Assembly (NCBI GenBank): GCA_034189745.1
Contig: JAXHUI010000003.1
Location: 15,048-79,047, forward strand
Length of the DNA: 64,000 bases
Reading direction: 5' to 3'
From: Pseudomonadota bacterium
GTDB taxonomy: Bacteria; Pseudomonadota; Gammaproteobacteria; Pseudomonadales; Balneatricaceae
Each line of letters begins with the position of its first letter. Positions within the stretch are counted from its first letter, which is position 1. A program made the position numbers and the translations under genes. Under the pieces are notes generated by a model that was not told where the DNA came from, ran no database searches, and was given only the letters and a program-made list of their open reading frames with translations. This document shows positions 58,394 to 64,000 of this stretch, in pieces.

Positions 58394-59598
58394 CGCTGTC
58401 CACCCGCCGGTTGCGCCGGCTGCTCTTCCGGCACCGGGGGGGCATCGGTGGGGCTGCGCACCTCGACCGGGGTACCTGAGACCACCTGACCGAGGGAGGT
58501 CAGCACCAGCTCATCCCCGGGCTTCAGCCCTTCACCGATCAGCGCTTCGCTCTCACTCTGCCAGTCGATGCGGATCGGCTGGCGCTGCAGCACCCCCTGC
58601 TCGACCCGGTAGACATAGCTGGCCTGATAGATGGCGCGGTTGGGGATCACGATCGCATCCGCTATCTCCCGCCCCTCGATGCGGGCGGTGACATACTGGC
58701 CCACCTTCAGCGGCACCCGGTCCACCGCCTTGGCGCCATAGGGGTCGTCCAGCTGTGCCAGCACATGCAGTTGCCGGCTGCTGCTGTCGATCGCGCCTTC
58801 GGTCTGCACGATGCGCCCCTCCCAGACTTCACGCCGAATCAGATCAGAGATCAGCTCAACCCGCGGCTGCGTACCTCCGCTCTGGTCGAAACGGTACTCC
58901 TCGGGCAGGTTGACGAAGCCAAGGTCACGACGTTGCAACGGCAGGCGCACTTCGAGGTAGTCCACGGCGTAGAGCTCGGCAAGGACGGTGTTACTGGAGA
59001 CCACCTGCCCCAGATCGACATGCTTTTCCAGAATACGACCGGCGTAGGGCGCCCGGATATGGGTTCGCTCCAGATCGAGCCGGGCCTGCGCCAGCGCCGC
59101 CTCGGCCGAGGCCAGGGTGGCCCGGGCGCTGGCCAGCTGCGGCTGGCGCAACACCAGTGGCGGCGCCTGCCCGGCGTGGCCCAGCCGCTGCCAGTCCGCC
59201 GCCGCCTGATCGGCCCGCGCCTGCTCTTCGGCCAGTTGCTGACGGGCACTCATCACACTGGCTTCAGCTCGGGCCACTTCGGCAGCGTAGTCACGGCTAT
59301 CGAGTCGAATCAGCTCCTCCCCTTTCTCGAAAAAACCGCCGGCACGAAAATCAGCCGCCAGCCAGACAATCTCCCCACTGACCTGCGGCAGCAGGGTGCT
59401 CTGGGTGCGCGGCCGGATACGACCGTAGCTTTCGATCATCACCCGGTAGGGGGCGGCGACGATGGTTTGGGTGTCCACACTGATACCGGCCGGTTGCGGC
59501 GGCCGGCCCCGTTGCGCCTGAGGCGGGTTGCTGTAGATCCACCAGCCCAACGCGGCCATGGCAAGGATCACGATCAGGGGAAGAAAACGTTTGCTCAT
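58390..59598 (-). CDS. RND membrane fusion protein
   Basis: N-terminal anchor, lipoyl halves (QVSGEI, IRAPYAG) around a helical hairpin. Confidence 0.92.
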   Translation of the reverse strand: MSKRFLPLIVILAMAALGWWIYSNPPQAQRGRPPQPAGISVDTQTIVAAPYRVMIESYGRIRPRTQSTLLPQVSGEIVWLAADFRAGGFFEKGEELIRLDSRDYAAEVARAEASVMSARQQLAEEQARADQAAADWQRLGHAGQAPPLVLRQPQLASARATLASAEAALAQARLDLERTHIRAPYAGRILEKHVDLGQVVSSNTVLAELYAVDYLEVRLPLQRRDLGFVNLPEEYRFDQSGGTQPRVELISDLIRREVWEGRIVQTEGAIDSSSRQLHVLAQLDDPYGAKAVDRVPLKVGQYVTARIEGREIADAIVIPNRAIYQASYVYRVEQGVLQRQPIRIDWQSESEALIGEGLKPGDELVLTSLGQVVSGTPVEVRSPTDAPPVPEEQPAQPAGGQR

Positions 59599-60992
59599 GG
59601 TGCGGCAGGCTCCTGCTCAGCGGCCGTGATCAGCGGGTCGGTTTGAAACGTGCCGCCCAGCGCCCGGTAGAGTTCAACCCGGTTCTGCAGCAGCTGCCGG
59701 CGCAGCCCCAAAACGCTGGTCTGGGCATCGAAGGATCGGCGCTGAGCCTCCAGAACGGTGGTATAGGGGGTCAACCCCTTTTGGTACTGCTCAAACGCAA
59801 GGGTTTCGGCGTGGATCGCGTTGCGCTGGGCTTGCAGGTACTGGGCATGGCGCTCGCGCAGACGCTGCCGCGCCGAGAGCGCGTTTTCCACCTCTTCCAG
59901 GGCGCCGTACACCGCCTCCAGCCAGCGCTGTTCTAGCTCCTGTCTTTGCGCCAGCGCCTGATTTTGCAGCGCCTCCCGGCGGCCGGCGTCAAACAGTGTT
60001 TGTGACAGCCGAGCGCCGATACTCCAGCTCAGATTCCCCAGAGAGAGCAGATCGCTCAGAGCATCGCTGCTGCCACCCAGGCCGGTACTGGTCAGGCTGA
60101 GGCGGGGAAAGCGATCGCGGTATGCCGCCGCCAGGGCGGCATCGGCGGAGAGCAGCTCCAGCCAGCGCTGCTGCAGATCGGGCCGCCGGGTCAGCAGGTC
60201 GGAGGGCAACCCCGCCGGCACCTCGGCATCCAGCCAGGGCAGGGCGGCCTCGGCGGTCAGCTGCGCGGCGGGGTAGCGTTTGAGCAGCACCTCAAGGCGG
60301 CGGCGAATTTCCGCCAGTTGCTGGGCTTGCTGTTCGACCCGAGCGCTTTCGGCATGCAGGTTGTTGCGCGCCAGATAGAGGTCGAGCGCCTCGTTCAGCC
60401 CCTGGCGATAGCCGGATTCGATCACATCCAGATTCTGCGCCAGATTGTCGCGGCGCAGACGATAGAGATCGAGCAGCAGCTGCGCCTCCTGCAGGGCAAA
60501 CCACTGGTTGCACAGCTCAACCACCAGCGACTGCTCCTGCTGTCTCAGCCCCGCTTCAGCCGCGGCCAGGGTCAGCTGGGCCTGCCGCTGGCGCGCACTG
60601 AGCCGGCCCCACAGGTCCAGCTCCCAGCTGGTGTTGAAATCGAGCGAATCCACTCGGTCACTGTCCTCTCGGCGGACGCTGGCCAGATCCAGAGTCAGAG
60701 CGGGGAAACGGTCCGCGCGGCTGATCTTCACCGCCTCGCGGCTACGGCTGACATTATAACGGGCCGCTTGCAGTCCGGGATTGGCCGCCAACGCCTCGCT
60801 TGCCAGCGCCTGCAGGCGCGGGTCTTTCAGTTGTACCAACCAGTCATCTATCTCACTGGCAGCCGGGCCGGCGGCCTCGCCCTCGGCGCTGGCCCAGTGG
60901 GCAGGCAGTTCGGGCTGCGGTGGCGTCAATCGTGGCGGACTGGCACAACCAGTGAGCACCAGCAGCAGGGGCAAAATGAGTCGGATTCGCAC
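59595..60992 (-). CDS. Outer membrane efflux lipoprotein (NodT/OprM family)
   Basis: Lipobox LTGC; SWELDLWG, PSDLLTRRPD, LYRALGG. Confidence 0.93.
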   Translation of the reverse strand: MRIRLILPLLLVLTGCASPPRLTPPQPELPAHWASAEGEAAGPAASEIDDWLVQLKDPRLQALASEALAANPGLQAARYNVSRSREAVKISRADRFPALTLDLASVRREDSDRVDSLDFNTSWELDLWGRLSARQRQAQLTLAAAEAGLRQQEQSLVVELCNQWFALQEAQLLLDLYRLRRDNLAQNLDVIESGYRQGLNEALDLYLARNNLHAESARVEQQAQQLAEIRRRLEVLLKRYPAAQLTAEAALPWLDAEVPAGLPSDLLTRRPDLQQRWLELLSADAALAAAYRDRFPRLSLTSTGLGGSSDALSDLLSLGNLSWSIGARLSQTLFDAGRREALQNQALAQRQELEQRWLEAVYGALEEVENALSARQRLRERHAQYLQAQRNAIHAETLAFEQYQKGLTPYTTVLEAQRRSFDAQTSVLGLRRQLLQNRVELYRALGGTFQTDPLITAAEQEPAAP

Positions 60993-61122
60993 GTCGGTTC
61001 CCTGTATCGTACCGGTACACGTCGGCAGCGAGCCAGATGCGCTACGCCTGCCCGCCCCTTGGGAGGCTCATCTTAGAGGATTGTTCCCGCAACGACAGTG
61101 GCTTTTACAGATCTTTACACGC

Positions 61123-61716
61123 TCAACCGCCACAGCGGAGCAGTTCGTAGGCGCGGCGCACCTCGATGAACGCCTCACTGTCTCCCCCCTTGTCGGGGTG
61201 GAGCTGCGCGGCCAGCTGCCGGTAGCGACGGCGGATCGTCTCTTGGCTGGCGCCCGCTTCCAGTTCCAGCGTCCGCAGCGCCTCCTGCCGGGCGCCGGGA
61301 TGCTCATACTGCGCCACGAAACCGGCCAGCAGACGCTGCACATCGTGGGCGGTGGTGTGTTGCAGTTGCGTCCAGTCGAGATAATACTCCCGCAGCGGGT
61401 CGCCGGCGCCGGGAAGCGCTGTCTGCTGCTGGCGGGCGCCGGCCGCGGTTTCGGCGTGACAGCGCACACAAAGGGGGGAGATTTCGAGCCGCAGTCGCTC
61501 CTCCTGCCAGAGGCGGATCTGCAGGGTATACAGGCCGTGCATGATCATAAAATGCTTCTGAAACAGCCGCAGTTGATACTCCTGCGCCAGTTCGGCAAAG
61601 GCGGGGTGGGACCCCAGCGCCTGCATCAGGTTGAATTCACTGATCCCCTCCGGATGGGCCCGCACCAGGGCCAGCAGCTCAGGGATCAGGGGGTTGGGGG
61701 CGATCTCCGGGTTCAT
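61123..61716 (-). CDS. DnaJ-related protein with a C-terminal J domain
   Basis: LFQKHFMIMHGLY N-terminal domain; IRRRYRQLAAQLHPDKGG. Confidence 0.85.
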   Translation of the reverse strand: MNPEIAPNPLIPELLALVRAHPEGISEFNLMQALGSHPAFAELAQEYQLRLFQKHFMIMHGLYTLQIRLWQEERLRLEISPLCVRCHAETAAGARQQQTALPGAGDPLREYYLDWTQLQHTTAHDVQRLLAGFVAQYEHPGARQEALRTLELEAGASQETIRRRYRQLAAQLHPDKGGDSEAFIEVRRAYELLRCGG

Positions 61717-61777
61717 CTCGACTCCGTCCGTGCTGTATCTGTTCGGGGGTGATCTGGCACAATGCGGTTGCGGTTCG

Positions 61778-61845
61778 GTTCAACTCTCGTTCAACTCTCC
61801 CGCTCGACACCAACACCAGCTCGACACAAAAAGCCGGCTCGACAC
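61778..61845. repeat. Short direct repeats upstream of dacB
   Basis: GTTCAACTCTC x2 (61778-61799); GCTCGACAC x3 (61802, 61819, 61837). Confidence 0.8.
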
Positions 61846-61861
61846 GAAGGGCAGATCCACC

Positions 61862-63274
61862 ATGCTGTTACGACTCTTTATCCTGCTGTTACTGGCACCG
61901 GTTGTCCAGGCTCAGGAATGGAAAAAACTCCTCGATCTGGCACCGGAAGGGAGCCAGCTGGCCCTTGTGGTGGCGCCGCTGAGCGCCTCCGGTGCCCTGC
62001 AGATCGATTACCGCAGCGATATCCTGCTGCCCCCGGCCAGTACACTGAAACTGTTTACCGCCACCGCCGCCGAGCTCGCCCTGGGGCCGGAGTACCGCTT
62101 CCACACCCGCCTCTGGCAACGGGGCCGGCAGCGGGGCGGACGCTGGCAGGGTGATCTGCTGTTTGAGTTCACCGGCGCCCCCGACCTCGGCGTGGCCCAG
62201 CTGGGCGAGCTGCTGACAGCGCTGCGCCAGCGCGGCGTGCGTGAGATAGAGGGGAACATTCTGCTCGATACCAGCCGCTTCAGCGGCTACGACCGCGCCC
62301 ACGGCTGGCCCTGGAACAACCTCAGTGTTTGCTACAGCGCCCCGGTGGCGGCATTGACCCTGGAGGGCAACTGCATTCAGGCCAGCCTGAACAGCCGCGG
62401 CCCGGGCCAACCCGCCCGCTTTTACGTCCCCCCCCACCAGCCGATCGAGGTAACGGCCAACGTGGTGGTGCTGCCCGAGCCGCAGATCGAGCAACGTCTG
62501 TGCGAGCTGGAGGCGCGTCTCGGTCCCGGCAACCGTTATCAGCTCAGCGGCTGCATCAGTGATCAACGTGATCCGCTGCCGCTCAACTTTGCCATCAACG
62601 ATCCCATCGCCCATGGCAAGGCACGCATCCGGCAGGAGCTGAGCCGACAAGGGATCGTCCTGAAGGGCACCATCGTTCCCGGGGTGGTCGGAGATGACTG
62701 GCAACCGCTGGCGCAGGTCACCTCGGCACCGCTGGCGGAACTGCTGCAGCAGACCCTGCAGCGCTCCGACAACCTGATCGCCGATCTGCTGCTCAAAACC
62801 CTGGCGGTTCACAGCGGCGAGCCCGGCAGCTTTGCCGGCGGGGTGCGCGCCATGAAAAGGATCATTGGAGAACATACCGGTGTCGACCTGCACCTGGCCG
62901 CACTCAGTGATGGCTCGGGGCTATCGCGGGACGATCTGGTTCAGGCCCGTCAGCTGGCCCAGTTGCTGCGCTGGCTGGCGGCGCACCCGCAGCTACACAG
63001 CTACCAGGCGCTGCCGATCTCCGGCCGCAGCGGCACCCTCACATACCGGGCCAGTACACGGAACCCCCCGTTGCAAGGGGCGATCAAAGCCAAAACCGGC
63101 AGCGTCAACGGCAGCCGCAACCTGGCCGGCTATATCGACGCCGCCTCGGGGGAGCGCTACCTGTTCGTGCTGCTGCTGAGCGGCATCCACCTGCCGGACG
63201 AGCCCCGCCCTGGCCCGAGCCCAGTCACACGATTTGAACGGGAGTTGCTGGAATGGATCTACCACAACGGCTGA
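61862..63274 (+). CDS. dacB: D-Ala-D-Ala carboxypeptidase/endopeptidase PBP4
   Basis: Signal peptide; SxxK (ASTLK), SxN (SDN), KTG (AKTGS), DGSGLSR. Confidence 0.93.
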   Translation: MLLRLFILLLLAPVVQAQEWKKLLDLAPEGSQLALVVAPLSASGALQIDYRSDILLPPASTLKLFTATAAELALGPEYRFHTRLWQRGRQRGGRWQGDLLFEFTGAPDLGVAQLGELLTALRQRGVREIEGNILLDTSRFSGYDRAHGWPWNNLSVCYSAPVAALTLEGNCIQASLNSRGPGQPARFYVPPHQPIEVTANVVVLPEPQIEQRLCELEARLGPGNRYQLSGCISDQRDPLPLNFAINDPIAHGKARIRQELSRQGIVLKGTIVPGVVGDDWQPLAQVTSAPLAELLQQTLQRSDNLIADLLLKTLAVHSGEPGSFAGGVRAMKRIIGEHTGVDLHLAALSDGSGLSRDDLVQARQLAQLLRWLAAHPQLHSYQALPISGRSGTLTYRASTRNPPLQGAIKAKTGSVNGSRNLAGYIDAASGERYLFVLLLSGIHLPDEPRPGPSPVTRFERELLEWIYHNG

Positions 63275-63287
63275 TACGGCACAAAAA

Positions 63288-63317
63288 AACAGACCGGCCA
63301 ATGCAGGCCGGTCTGTT
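63288..63317. terminator. Terminator hairpin after dacB, probably bidirectional
   Basis: 12-bp stem AACAGACCGGCC / GGCCGGTCTGTT preceded by an A-run. Confidence 0.75.
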
Positions 63318-63344
63318 CGTATCCTTTGCCGACGACCAGAAAGA

Positions 63345-63482
63345 CTATTTCTTTTTCTTGCCATCCTCGTTCATCAGTTTGCGAACCTTGAGGAAGGCCC
63401 ACACCATGACGGCGGCCATGGCGGCGATGCCCAGCACGCTCGGCACCAACACTTCAAAGCTGTATGGATCGATCCCTAGCAT
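63345..63482 (-). CDS. 45-aa single-pass membrane protein (not in the ORF track)
   Basis: MLGIDPYSFEVLVPSVLGIAAMAAVMVWAFLKVRKLMNEDGKKKK; GAGGTGA RBS 5 nt upstream; terminator downstream. Confidence 0.65.
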   Translation of the reverse strand: MLGIDPYSFEVLVPSVLGIAAMAAVMVWAFLKVRKLMNEDGKKKK

Positions 63483-63660
63483 CACAATCACCTCTATGCT
63501 CGTTATCCTGAATGAAGCCAGACTACTCTTTAAGCCAGGAGCAGATATTGACGCAGCTCAACGAGAGCCCCGCTCTCGACGTTCCGAGTATAGTCCCGCT
63601 GGCTCGACTTGATAAATACTCACAACCGATACAAACCCAACCAAGCAGGAGATCACCACC

Positions 63661-63855
63661 ATGTACCGACGCAAGGACTGGACACCGGAGCAGATCAGCA
63701 AGATGAATGAAGAAAGCTTCCTGGTCGAGATGCTCGACATGCTCCGTTACTCGCCCTCCAACGAGGACAACCGCGCCGTGGAGCAGATGCGCAAACAGCT
63801 CGAGGTTATCGAGCAGGCCCTGCAGGCGAGGCTGGAAGCGAAACGTCCCGACTGA
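63661..63855 (+). CDS. 64-aa hypothetical protein
   Basis: AGGAG RBS; helical charged sequence; GGCAGCC/GGCTGCC hairpin follows (63865-63883). Confidence 0.6.
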   Translation: MYRRKDWTPEQISKMNEESFLVEMLDMLRYSPSNEDNRAVEQMRKQLEVIEQALQARLEAKRPD

Positions 63856-64000
63856 ACCCCACCCGGCAGCCGTTCAGGCTGCCTCTCTGCCCCGCCCCTT
63901 CCAGCCCCGCCTTCGTTGCAAGCCACTCAGACAGCATCGCGGCCACCGCTCCCTCCTGGGCGGCCACCGGCCATGTTCTGGCCTTACAGATCAATTTACC

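Noticed and set aside
61755-61771. TGGCAC...TTGC sigma54-like site upstream of dacB
   Set aside because: GG and GC are 12 nt apart; sigma54 needs 10.
1-64000. tRNA, rRNA, tmRNA, integrase, transposase, prophage or defence genes
   Set aside because: No such sequence recognised in any intergenic gap or ORF; this was a visual scan only.

Overview
A 64 kb, GC-rich window of gammaproteobacterial chromosome; gene order resembles Pseudomonas/Oceanospirillales, which is an inference. Most of it is core housekeeping: the queG / nnr-tsaE-amiB-mutL-miaA-hfq-hflX-hflK superoperon, orn, rsgA, rhdA-psd-ygfZ, ung, lysS-prfB, lptFG, pepA-holC, valS, dacB, an MCE-type ABC transporter and an RND efflux system. 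Two accessory blocks stand out. (1) A tightly coupled 8-gene minus-strand operon (13187-20815): Tat-signal protein, VAO/PCMH-family flavoprotein, cytochrome c, aldehyde dehydrogenase, UbiD decarboxylase, VdcD-like subunit, a second eroded flavoprotein paralogue, and UbiX. It reads as an O2-independent route that oxidises and then removes the para side chain of a phenol. (2) A two-gene plus-strand unit (24332-27605): an L-amino-acid-ligase-like ATP-grasp enzyme followed by a 670-aa protein with an unannotated papain/calpain-like Gln-Cys-His-Asn catalytic set, a candidate undescribed peptide synthesis/processing system. Smaller observations: prfB lacks its usual programmed frameshift, a truncated FlgO-like remnant, a chemoreceptor with Gly at a conserved tip Glu, a Met/Gly tandem repeat in a Spy/CpxP-like protein, and a 45-aa ORF missed by the ORF track. 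I saw no rRNA, tRNA, CRISPR array, integrase or transposase. All family assignments come from motifs read by eye and recalled reference sequences; no database search was run.
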